Shown here piece by piece: positions 19,358 through 28,268 of a stretch of 64,000 nucleotides of DNA. The notes under the pieces are model-generated. The model was not told the origin of the DNA and ran no database searches. It saw only the letters and a list, made by a program, of their open reading frames with translations. Numbering within the stretch: the stretch's first letter is position 1; each line of letters opens with the position of its first letter. Source of the DNA: Candidatus Spongiisociaceae bacterium (GTDB taxonomy: Bacteria; Actinomycetota; Acidimicrobiia; Spongiisociales; Spongiisociaceae); the NCBI GenBank assembly GCA_965262915.1, contig OZ253564.1:3840001-3904000 (forward strand). The letters run 5' to 3'. The position numbers and the translations under genes were made by a program.

Positions 19358-20599
19358 ATGCCCTCCAACACTGATCTGGAGAGGATGATCCGCCTGGGTG
19401 AAGACTCGTCCCTGGAGTTGAAGCGAGTACTACTTCAAGGGTCGAAGGTCATCGGGCCTCGGCGCGCGGCGATGGCCGACGTGGTTGCAGGGATGGCGAA
19501 CAGCGAGGGCGGCACGATCGTTCTCGGTGTCGATGACAGGACACGCGAAGTACTGGGTATTCCCCTTGCCAGGCTGGACATCGTGGAGCAGTGGATAGCC
19601 GGGATATGCCTGGACTCGCTGAAACCGCCACTCAACGCCACCATCCGTCGACTCGAACTGCCCGGTGTGTCAGGGGATCCGGTACCTGTACTGCGCGTCG
19701 ATGTGCCGCGCAGCCTGTTCGTCCATCAGAGCCCGGGGGGCTATTACCAGAGGACCGGGAGTTCCACCCGCAGCCTGCAGCCGCAAGTGCTGGCCCGGCT
19801 ACTCCAAGAACGTAGCCAGACCCGGCTCATCAGGTTCGACGAGTCAGTGGTGCCAGGGAGCGGACCCGAAGACCTCGTACCAGAACTCGCCACCCGGTTC
19901 CTACGGAGCCACGGCGATATGAGCGAGCAGAACCTACACAGGATCGGGGTCATAGCCCACGCCGACCAAGGCACCACATGCCTCACCGTGGCGGGCGTGC
20001 TCATGTGCACCAGATCGCCGGGAGATTGGCTCCCGCATGCATACGTCCAAGCCGTGAGCTACGCAGGCGAGCGGCGAGACATCAACTACCAGCGAGACGC
20101 GGCTGATCTGTCCGGTCCGCTCGATAGCCAGGTGTCTGAAGCGTTGCACTTCGTGCGAAGGAACATGTCCGTCAGGGCCACGAAGGGGATTGGACGCGCC
20201 GAACGCCCGCAATACAGCGAGCGGGCGGTTTTCGAGGCGCTGGTGAACGCGGTCGCCCATCGCGACTATTCGATGGCGGGTGCCCGTATTCGCCTGCATA
20301 TGTTCAGGAACCGGATCGAGCTTTACGTACCGGGATCCCTCGCCAATACCCTCACGACGGACAGCATGGCCGATCGACAGTATTGCCGCAATGAGCTGAT
20401 CGTGTCGCTCCTCGCCCGCTGCCCCGTAGCTGAAGACGGTCTTGCCCGAAAGTACATGATGGAACGGCGCGGAGACGGCGTACCGATCATTCTGGATGAA
20501 AGCCGCGACCTATCGGGACGTTACCCCGAATACAGAATGATCGACGACAGCGAGCTTCGTCTGATCATCTGGGCAGCCGGCGCGGAACCAGCCGAGTAA
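19358..20599 (+). CDS. AlbA_2 (Schlafen-like) + HATPase_c_4 domain protein
   Basis: GEDSSLELK...MANSEGGTIVLGVDD...YYQRTGS; FEALVNAVAHRDYS...RNELI...MERRGDG; no C-terminal wHTH. Confidence 0.85.
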   Translation: MPSNTDLERMIRLGEDSSLELKRVLLQGSKVIGPRRAAMADVVAGMANSEGGTIVLGVDDRTREVLGIPLARLDIVEQWIAGICLDSLKPPLNATIRRLELPGVSGDPVPVLRVDVPRSLFVHQSPGGYYQRTGSSTRSLQPQVLARLLQERSQTRLIRFDESVVPGSGPEDLVPELATRFLRSHGDMSEQNLHRIGVIAHADQGTTCLTVAGVLMCTRSPGDWLPHAYVQAVSYAGERRDINYQRDAADLSGPLDSQVSEALHFVRRNMSVRATKGIGRAERPQYSERAVFEALVNAVAHRDYSMAGARIRLHMFRNRIELYVPGSLANTLTTDSMADRQYCRNELIVSLLARCPVAEDGLARKYMMERRGDGVPIILDESRDLSGRYPEYRMIDDSELRLIIWAAGAEPAE

Positions 20600-21166
20600 C
20601 CCCGCTCCGAACTCCCAAGTAGGGAGCTGACAACGTGCAGCCACTCCCTTACAGACTTCGTCGCGCCATCGACCCGTCATTCGCAGGAGAACACTTGGCG
20701 ACCGGGGTCTCTCCATGCCGGACCAACCCAAGAACGATCGTGGGCCGGAGAACGAAATCATCCGCCCGGCAGATACCATCCCGGCGGACACCGACCCGGT
20801 CCCCGTTTCCGAACACTGGCCCGACCCCCGCTCCCACCATCGGCCCCGACCGGGACGCCACTCACTCCCGGCTACCTGCCCAACATCCAACCCATCTCCG
20901 CCAGAGGGGCAGTCAACACTCTCAACCGGGGCTACGACATCGTTGTTGACATCACCCCCAACCCAACCTACCCGAGGCGGCACGCCCCACCAACCATGGC
21001 ATCGGTCGAGGAACTTCGTGCAGTCACCGTTCCCGGATGTGGTCTCTCCGCCAGAGCCCGGTCCGCTCCGACCAGTGCCCGCACAGCATCACCACTCGCT
21101 GCGCTGTTGCCGCCCTCCGGGGTCGTGCACCCAGAGCCAATTGACGGAACGATTATCAACACCGCC

Positions 21167-21204
21167 TTGAATAGCTCGATGGGTTATGTTAGTTTGACGG
21201 TATG
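21167..21204 (+). promoter_or_regulatory. Leaderless promoter of TA copy 3
   Basis: TTGAAT, 17 bp ending TGt, TAGTTT, 6 nt, ATG. Confidence 0.7.
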
Positions 21205-21498
21205 GACGTAGAACACGAAACCGACCTGCCCGACGGAGGGACCGGAGATCTCTACTGCATCAGGGTGACACCTGCCGACGGTCCGATGGACGAGCAATTG
21301 GCCGCCGCGTTGCGCGAGTACAGGGAGGCATTCGCCAGGGATCCCGAGCGCTGGCACAACAACCCGGAAAAGAAGCGCGAGGCCCTTGAGGGTCTTGGCA
21401 GGGTGCTTGCTGATTGGGAAGCCGAGAATGGCGCGTTCACCGAGGAGGAAATGGCCCGAGCCCGCGCTCTCAAGTCCGGTGTCGACGTTCGTTGTTGA
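21202..21498 (+). CDS. Antitoxin, repeated TA family, copy 3
   Basis: Same conserved C-terminal two-thirds; ends KSGVDVRC, overlapping the toxin by 20 nt. Confidence 0.8.
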   Translation: MDVEHETDLPDGGTGDLYCIRVTPADGPMDEQLAAALREYREAFARDPERWHNNPEKKREALEGLGRVLADWEAENGAFTEEEMARARALKSGVDVRC

Positions 21499-21877
21499 CG
21501 CCGGGGCCCTGATCGCGGTCGATCGCGGCAACCGGAAAGTACTTTCGATGCTCAAGACAGCGTTTCAAGACGGCGACGCGGTTCTTGTGCCCGCCGGGGT
21601 GATCGGCCAGGTGTGGAGAGACTCGAACCGCCAAGTCGTGCTGGCGAGAACCTTGAAACGATGCGATGAGGTAGCCCTTGACGGAACGATGGCGCGGGTG
21701 GCCGGTCAACTATGTGGCTGGATAGGCACGTCCGATGTGATCGACGCTTCGGTTGCGGTCGTGGCGTCGACCACGGAGGGTCCCGACAACGAGATCCTGG
21801 TTCTCACATCCGACACGGCAGACATGCGAAACCTGCTCTCGACGGTGCAGAACAAAGCCCGGATCGTCAGGGTCTGA
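21479..21877 (+). CDS. PIN toxin, repeated TA family, copy 3
   Basis: GTG start; VVDAGALIAVDRG...GTSDVIDAS...VLTSD. Confidence 0.82.
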   Translation: MSTFVVDAGALIAVDRGNRKVLSMLKTAFQDGDAVLVPAGVIGQVWRDSNRQVVLARTLKRCDEVALDGTMARVAGQLCGWIGTSDVIDASVAVVASTTEGPDNEILVLTSDTADMRNLLSTVQNKARIVRV

Positions 21878-22093
21878 CTACCCGACCCATCCTTGCCTGA
21901 AGCGGCTAACAACATCAACCATATCGCCGGTCGAAGAGCCTCGGGCTGTCACCGCTCCCCCGATGTGACCTATCCGCCCAGAACTCGGTCTGCTCCGACC
22001 AGAGCCCTCACAGCATCACCACCCACCCCACTGTCTTCCGCCCTCCGGGGAGGTTCGCCTAGACCCAGTATCGGGATGATTGTCAATACCGCC

Positions 22094-22131
22094 TTGAATA
22101 TCTCAATAGCTTATGTTAGTTTGCCGGTATG
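22094..22131 (+). promoter_or_regulatory. Leaderless promoter of TA copy 4
   Basis: TTGAAT, 17 bp, TAGTTT, 6 nt, ATG. Confidence 0.7.
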
Positions 22132-22413
22132 GACGCCAGATCTGAAGCCGACGTGCCCGACGGAGCGACCGGAGAACTGTATTGCATCAGGGTGACACCT
22201 GGCGACGGTCAGATGGATGAACAGTTGGCCGCCGCCATGGAAGAGGTCTACAAAGCTTCCGCTCGGGACCCCAACCGTTGGCACAACAATCCGGAGAAGA
22301 AGCGTAAGGCCTTGGAGGGCCTCGGCAAGCTGCTCGCCGAATGGCAGGAGGAGAACGGCGCCTTCACCGAAGAAGAACTCGCCCGAGCCCGCGCCAGCAT
22401 GTATGGCGAATGA
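22129..22413 (+). CDS. Antitoxin, repeated TA family, copy 4
   Basis: Ends ARASMYGE with an ATGA overlap. Confidence 0.8.
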   Translation: MDARSEADVPDGATGELYCIRVTPGDGQMDEQLAAAMEEVYKASARDPNRWHNNPEKKRKALEGLGKLLAEWQEENGAFTEEELARARASMYGE

Positions 22414-22805
22414 CCATCGTTCTGGACACGGGAGCCCTGATAGCGCTCGACCGCGGTAGCCGCACCGTGTTGTCGAGGCTTCAGACCGCCTTCGACAAAG
22501 GTGACGAGGTTCAAGTTCCCGCTGGCGTGATCGGCCAGGCTTGGAGGCAACCGAACCAGCACGCCCTTCTCTCACGCGCATTGAAACGATGCGAGGAGGT
22601 TGCCCTCGACGGATCGATCGCGCGCTCCTCCGGGCACCTCTGCGGCCAGACCGGTACATCGGATGTGATCGACGCCTCCGTTGCCGTAGCCGTAGCGGAC
22701 TCGAACCGTCGCGACAGCAAGGTCACCCTCCTCACGTCCGACCCGGGGGACATGAGAAACCTGCTTTCGGCACTTCGAAGCGATGCCCGGATCGTCAAGG
22801 TTTGA
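22410..22805 (+). CDS. PIN toxin, repeated TA family, copy 4
   Basis: MTIVLDTGALIALDRG...GTSDVIDAS...LLTSDP. Confidence 0.82.
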   Translation: MTIVLDTGALIALDRGSRTVLSRLQTAFDKGDEVQVPAGVIGQAWRQPNQHALLSRALKRCEEVALDGSIARSSGHLCGQTGTSDVIDASVAVAVADSNRRDSKVTLLTSDPGDMRNLLSALRSDARIVKV

Positions 22806-22876
22806 ATCGTTCGGGCCTGGCCGATGGATCAGAGGAGATCGTTCGCGATGACAGGAAGACTTCTGCAGATGCCGCT

Positions 22877-23360
22877 CTACCGAGGACACGCCTCTCTCGG
22901 GAGACTCCTACTTTCTAATAGTCGTCGCCGGCGGCGGTTGACCCTGATCTCAGAACCCAGGCGGAAGCTGACGCGCTGCAGATTCCCCTGGAACGGGAAG
23001 GGAGCTTCGTAGCGGGTGCTGATGGGACCGTAGGCGTCGCGGCCCAGGTCCATACCGGCCAGCGAGATCCACACGAGCACCCGGTCGAAGTCGAACCATT
23101 CACCTCGGTTGCCACCGGCGGTGAGGCGACCCCTCCCGGCCCGATCGCCGAGCAGCTCGAAGTCGAAATGCACCGCCAGCGGATCGCGGTCCGACAATTC
23201 GATGCTGTGGGCCATGACGGGTCCTGCCGCGTTGTACTCGTAGTGGAGGCGCCCGTCCTGCATGTACAACACGAAACCGGATGTGGGGTGGCCGTAGGCA
23301 ACGACCACACCTTCCATCGGGGAGGAGGCCACTACGATGCTCCCTTCGCCTTCACTGGCC
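22877..23360 (-). pseudogene. Arylsulfatase C-terminal domain fragment
   Basis: EGVVVAYG....GFVLYMQDGRLHYEYN...MDLGRD..GPIS..YEAPFPFQG resembles the tail of large arylsulfatases; no catalytic domain. Confidence 0.6.
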
Positions 23361-23559
23361 ATATATATAAGGTGTCGGTCACCGTCGGCGAACAAGGCAC
23401 CCTGGACAAAGCCAAGATCCTCGAAGCCGCCCTCGCCGAGCAGTGAGGGAGCCAGAAACCGGACCTTCGGCAGACTTATCTTCCAAGATGCGGACATCCC
23501 ACCCGCATCGGCTTCACGGCACCCTTGAGCATGGCGGGATGATGGTGTACGTTGATCGT

Positions 23560-23823
23560 ATGGCTTACGACGAGCTTTGCGTGATGCACACAACGTTCGA
23601 TGACCGACTGATGGAGGAACAACTGGCGGCCGCGTTGCGGGAGTCGAGGGAAGTATTCGCCAAGGACCCGGAGGGCTGGCACAACAACCCGGCCAAGAAG
23701 CGAGAGGCTCTCGAGGGTCTTGGCAGGGTGCTGGCGGAATGGCAGGAAGAGAACGGCGCGTTCACCGAAGAAGAACTCGCCCGTGCCCGCGCTCGCGTAT
23801 CCGGTGTTGACGTTCGTTCTTGA
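23560..23823 (+). CDS. Antitoxin, repeated TA family, copy 5
   Basis: Promoter TTGAGC(23525)-17-TACGTT(23548)-6-ATG; conserved WHNNP...GAFTEEELARAR. Confidence 0.8.
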   Translation: MAYDELCVMHTTFDDRLMEEQLAAALRESREVFAKDPEGWHNNPAKKREALEGLGRVLAEWQEENGAFTEEELARARARVSGVDVRS

Positions 23824-24080
23824 CGCCGGGGCACTGATCGCCGTCGACCGCGGAGACCGAGAAGTGCTGTCGATGCTGCAGACCGCGTTCGAGCACGGCT
23901 ACTCGGTTCGAGTTCCCGCCAGCGTGGTCGGCCAGGTCTGGAGGAATCCGAATCGCTAGGTCGTGCTGGCTCGGACGTTGAAACGGTGCAACGAGGTGGT
24001 ACTTCTCACATCGGACGCGTCAGACATAGGAACCTTGCTCTCGGAGGTGCGGACCAAAGCCCGGATCGTCAACATGCGAC
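23804..24080 (+). pseudogene. PIN toxin pseudogene, copy 5
   Basis: In-frame TAG at 23957 where paralogues have Gln, plus an internal deletion joining RCNEV directly to VLLTSD. Confidence 0.85.
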
Positions 24081-24113
24081 TGCGTGACCCCCGATGGGCT
24101 GCCTGATTGGCTA

Positions 24114-24943
24114 GGGCGTGTTCACCTAAAGTTACACTGATGTGATATCATTACGATATGACAATAACACAAGAACAATACCAACTCATAGTAGACGTGT
24201 TCCCGAAACCCCGCGGTACCGTCAAGGTATCCAACCTCCAAGCCCTCAACGGCATCCTGTACGTACTGGAGCACGGCTGCAAGTGGCGGGCGCTTCCCGA
24301 ACGGTTCGGGAACTGGCACACCGTTTACATGCGGATGAGCCGCTGGGCGGCCAGCGGCGTCTTGGACCGGGTGTTCCAGCGTCTACAGCAGGAACAGCTC
24401 ATCGACCTCGAAGTTCTGGGCCTGGACAGCACGTCGGTCAAGGTTCATCCCGACGGCTGTGGTGCTCTCCGAAAGCGGGGTCCCCAGGCCATCGGTCGCT
24501 CCCGGGGAGGGTTGAACACCAAGATCCACATGGTCGCGGCCAGCGCTTGTAGCGCCGTCTTATTCGCTCTTTCCCCAGGTCAGGACCATGATGCTCCCCA
24601 TGGGCGGGAGCTCCTCAAAAAGATGGGCCCACGAAAAAAGGAGCAGGAAGGGGAGCAGCTAGAGCTGTTCCTGGTAGCGGACCGCGCCTATGAAGGGGAC
24701 GAAACACGGCAACTGGCCGTCGCTCTGGGCTACACGCCGGTCATCCCACCCCGAAGCAACCGCCGCCACCCGTGGGACTACAACCGTCCGATATACAAGC
24801 GACGGAACGAGGTCGAACGGCTCTTCCGACGGCTCAAAGGCTACCGGCGTGTCTTCACCCGCTACGACAAACTCGACGTGATGTTCCTAGCATTCATCAC
24901 CCTCGCGCTCATACACGACACGCTCAGAAACGTGAACACGCCC
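24114..24943 (+). mobile_element. IS5-family insertion sequence, copy 2 (830 bp)
   Basis: Same TIRs and TA duplication; inverted relative to copy 1; I saw one synonymous difference (TGC AAA vs TGC AAG). Confidence 0.92.
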
Positions 24944-24946
24944 TAG
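24158..24946 (+). CDS. IS5-family transposase
   Basis: Protein identical to 9529..10317. Confidence 0.95.
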   Translation: MTITQEQYQLIVDVFPKPRGTVKVSNLQALNGILYVLEHGCKWRALPERFGNWHTVYMRMSRWAASGVLDRVFQRLQQEQLIDLEVLGLDSTSVKVHPDGCGALRKRGPQAIGRSRGGLNTKIHMVAASACSAVLFALSPGQDHDAPHGRELLKKMGPRKKEQEGEQLELFLVADRAYEGDETRQLAVALGYTPVIPPRSNRRHPWDYNRPIYKRRNEVERLFRRLKGYRRVFTRYDKLDVMFLAFITLALIHDTLRNVNTP

Positions 24947-24983
24947 CCAACACACCTATCAGCGATCACACCCCCCTGATCGG

Positions 24984-25020
24984 CGGGGCCTTCACCGAAG
25001 AGGAACTAGCAACCGCCCGG
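24984..25020 (+). pseudogene. Antitoxin relic (GAFTEEELATAR)
   Basis: cggggccttcaccgaagaggaact matches 1184-1207 exactly. Confidence 0.65.
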
Positions 25021-25096
25021 GATAGGCCGGGAACCGGCAGTCGGTGCACGTTGACCGCAAGCACCTCTCGACTTGGGGTTTGGTTACCCGATCCAC

Positions 25097-25212
25097 TAGT
25101 AGGGTGCCCAAGAACCCCGTGCAAAGGGGTTCGCCCGCTAGCCCACAACGCTCAGACCAGGTAGGTTGCCGACCAGCGAACCCCGCAAGATTCTTTTTTC
25201 AGCACCCTACTA
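25097..25212. repeat. MITE-like inverted-repeat element (related to family B)
   Basis: TAGTAGGGTG ... CACCCTACTA ends; internal GGGGTTCGC/GCGAACCCC stem. Confidence 0.6.
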
Positions 25213-25244
25213 AACCGGTGCCGAGCTCTTACCCGAAGGTTTGA

Positions 25245-26561
25245 ATGCCCACTGTTTCCCCATCTGATGTTGCCGGGCCCGCCCGGCGGTTCCTCGGCTG
25301 GCGGATCGCCGGGCTGGCCACCATCACCGGTGCCATGACCGGCCCCGGCCAGACCATCGGTGTGTCTATCTCGATCGACCCGTTGATAGCCGTCCTGGGA
25401 CTCAGCCGACCCCAGGTAGCGGCGGCCTACCTCATCGGCACGCTCGCCGGCGCCGCTGCCCTTCTACCTGTCGGCGGTTGGATCGACCGCGTCGGCGCCC
25501 GCCATGCCATGAGATGTATCGGGGTGGCTTTCGGTATCGGCCTGCTCGTCATGGCGGGCGTCCAAGGCTTCGTCACCCTGGCGATCGGATTCACCCTCAT
25601 CCGTTGGCTCGGCCAGGGTTCACTATCACTGGTCAGCCGGGTAGCCGTGATTCACTGGTTCGAACGCCGGCGCGGTCTGGTGTTCGGGGTGACGACCACC
25701 GCCGTCAGCGCCCTGATGAGTCTCACTCCACTGATCCTGGGACTGGCCGTTGTGGCCTACGGCTTGCGCACCGCGTGGCTGCTCGCCGCAGCCGCCGTCT
25801 GGCTCGTCGTCGTGCCGATCGGGCATTTCGGCATCGTCGACCGCCCCTCCGATGTCGGTCAGCGACCTGACGGCGACGACCGCGCAGCCTCTGTCGCCTT
25901 TGCAGGCCCCGCAACCGTCGGCACCTCCTCCACACGGGGCCAAGCCATCACGCAACGCAGGTTCGTTCTGATGTCCTGCGTCGTCGCCACCACCGCCATG
26001 GTTGTCACCGGACTCAACTTCCACCAGATCTCGATCCTGGGTGGAGCCGGCCTGTCAGCAACTGAAGCCGCGGCTATGTTCGTGCCCCAGGTCTTCGGTA
26101 CCATCGCTGTCGGGCTTGCTGTAGGGGCTCTCGCCGATCGACTCCCTGCTCGGTTCCTGCTGGCGGCCTCGATGGTTCTTCTGATCTGTGCCCTGGCGAT
26201 GGTCGGGAGCCTCGAGCCGGGCTGGCAGGTATTCGTCTACGCAGCCCTCCTCGGCGCTGCCGGCGGAGCGCAATTCCCGCTGATCCCGACCATATTGCCC
26301 CGCTGGTTCGGCCTTGAGAACATCGGCGGTATTCAGGGCTTCTCCACGCTGATCATGGTCGGAGCGTCAGCCGCCGGACCGGTGACCCTGGCGGTGCTCG
26401 CCGAGAGCAGCGGGGGGTACTCGGCGGCAGCGTGGTGGCTTACCTCCATCCCGCTGGCCACAGGCTTGGGTGCTCTATGGATCACCGAGCCGGATCGCGA
26501 GTCACCCTCCCGTGTCGTTCACCCAGAACCCACCGACGGAGTTAGGTCAGAGCCCTCCTGA
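25245..26561 (+). CDS. MFS transporter
   Basis: About 12 hydrophobic segments; GGWIDRVGAR and GALADRLPAR MFS motif A copies. Confidence 0.88.
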   Translation: MPTVSPSDVAGPARRFLGWRIAGLATITGAMTGPGQTIGVSISIDPLIAVLGLSRPQVAAAYLIGTLAGAAALLPVGGWIDRVGARHAMRCIGVAFGIGLLVMAGVQGFVTLAIGFTLIRWLGQGSLSLVSRVAVIHWFERRRGLVFGVTTTAVSALMSLTPLILGLAVVAYGLRTAWLLAAAAVWLVVVPIGHFGIVDRPSDVGQRPDGDDRAASVAFAGPATVGTSSTRGQAITQRRFVLMSCVVATTAMVVTGLNFHQISILGGAGLSATEAAAMFVPQVFGTIAVGLAVGALADRLPARFLLAASMVLLICALAMVGSLEPGWQVFVYAALLGAAGGAQFPLIPTILPRWFGLENIGGIQGFSTLIMVGASAAGPVTLAVLAESSGGYSAAAWWLTSIPLATGLGALWITEPDRESPSRVVHPEPTDGVRSEPS

Positions 26562-26592
26562 GCAGGTGAGTGGATCAGGTTGCTTCGGTGGC

Positions 26593-26640
26593 ATGGACAC
26601 CAGACGTGAATCCGATGTGTCCGACGGGAAGACGGACGCT
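26593..26640 (+). pseudogene. Possible antitoxin 5' relic
   Basis: MDTRRESDVSDGKT resembles MDARSEADVPDGAT (22129) and MDTRQ (13439). Confidence 0.45.
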
Positions 26641-26773
26641 CGGGGTTGGGGACCAGAGCCCGGATCGTCAAGGTCCCAACGGATCAGGCTCACAGGTCCA
26701 GTGGGGCTACTGTTAGCTTGATCGGGGATCTGTCCCCGGGTATCGAGTGACGGACGGTTGACAGGAGGCCGGT

Positions 26774-27946
26774 ATGGGTAACGGTTTGGCGACAGCGGCA
26801 GACGCTGTTCTCGATGGTGTGGTATCCGGTAGTCCGAGGGTGCCGGGCGTGGTCGCGTTGGCGACCAACCGTGAGGGCAACATCTATGAGGGAGCCGCGG
26901 GTCTGCGGTCGCTGGGCAACGGTCAGGCGATGACCACCGACACCGTATGCGCGATCTTCTCGACCACCAAGGCCCTTGCGGGTACCGCCTGCCTGCAGTT
27001 GGTGGAGGACGGCAGGCTCGACCTGGACGCGCCGGCCAAGAATTACGCACCCGACATCGGCGGAATACAGGTTCTGGACGGGTTCGACGCCGACGGCGAT
27101 CCCATCCTCCGTCCACCGAAACGGGACGTGACAACGAGGATGCTGCTCCTGCACACCGCGGGCTTCGGGTATGACTTCTTCAACGAGCAGTACAACCGTC
27201 TGGCGGAGGAGCACGGCCAACCCAGCATCGTCACCTCTTCTCGGGCCTCGCTCATGACTCCTCTTCTGTTCGATCCGGGCGACGAGTGGGAGTACGGCTC
27301 GAACATCGACTGGGCCGGCCAGGTGATCGAAGGGATCGCCGGGAAGCGCCTCGGCGAGGTCATGCACGAACGGATCCTCGAGCCTCTCGGTATGGATTCC
27401 ACGTCCTTCACCCTGGACGGGGACATGCGAAACCGCATGGCGGTGATACATCAGCGTGAGGACGACGGGTCGCTGGACCCTCTGGACTTCGAGCTGCCGG
27501 ATCCTGAAGTGCACATGGGGGGTCACGGCCTTTATTCGACCGTGGAGGACTACTGCAAGTTCATCCGGATGTGGTTGAACGACGGCATGGGTCCGGACGG
27601 ACAGGTGCTCGACAGCCAAACCGTGGAGAAGGCGGAGCAGAACGGGTTGGGCGAGATGAAGATCAAAGGTCTTCCCGGCGTCATACCGACATTGTCCAAC
27701 TATGCCGAGTTCTTCCCGGGCATGCCCAAGTCCTGGGCGTTGACCTTCATGATCAACGATGAGGAGGCTCCCACCGGCCGCCCGGCGGGATCGCTGGCCT
27801 GGGCCGGGTTGGCCAACCTCTACTACTGGATCGACCGGAGTAACGGAGTCGGAGGCTTCTGGGCTACCCAGATATTCCCGTTCGCCGATCCTACGTCGGT
27901 AGTCGGCTATCTCGACTTCGAGACAGCGATCTACAAGAACCTATAG
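26774..27946 (+). CDS. Beta-lactamase-family serine hydrolase (family VIII esterase-like)
   Basis: FSTTK (SxxK), LLLHTAG, WEYG, WAGLAN. Confidence 0.88.
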   Translation: MGNGLATAADAVLDGVVSGSPRVPGVVALATNREGNIYEGAAGLRSLGNGQAMTTDTVCAIFSTTKALAGTACLQLVEDGRLDLDAPAKNYAPDIGGIQVLDGFDADGDPILRPPKRDVTTRMLLLHTAGFGYDFFNEQYNRLAEEHGQPSIVTSSRASLMTPLLFDPGDEWEYGSNIDWAGQVIEGIAGKRLGEVMHERILEPLGMDSTSFTLDGDMRNRMAVIHQREDDGSLDPLDFELPDPEVHMGGHGLYSTVEDYCKFIRMWLNDGMGPDGQVLDSQTVEKAEQNGLGEMKIKGLPGVIPTLSNYAEFFPGMPKSWALTFMINDEEAPTGRPAGSLAWAGLANLYYWIDRSNGVGGFWATQIFPFADPTSVVGYLDFETAIYKNL

Positions 27947-28268
27947 TTCTATCCCTTCTGGAGGTTATTGCCGCTTGACCTGAGGGCCTGCCCGGCTTGT
28001 AATCGCGGATGAACCCAGAGTCCACCGCTCAGAAGGGCAGGCCCTGGCTTCAGCGGCGATTTGCCCATGCCGTGTGGTTGCCGGGCGTGATCCCCGGATG
28101 CGTCCATATCCGGATGCGTCCATATATGGAGGAGATCTTGGAATGATCCTGTTCGACAACTGCCGGTTTCTGAACGCGACGCCGGACTTCAGGAACGGTG
28201 TGCGGTCGAACCGGAACATCCGTTGTGATCGACGGGACGACCGATCGCCCTCGCTGCCGGGACCGGAA

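Noticed and set aside
20715-21170. 151-aa Pro-rich ORF after the AlbA_2 gene
   Set aside because: No recognisable motif, and it runs into the duplicated TA leader; probably a fragment or non-coding.
8700-26700. Integron or prophage explanation for the cassette-like region
   Set aside because: No tyrosine or serine recombinase, no attC-like repeats recognised, mixed gene orientations and no phage structural genes.
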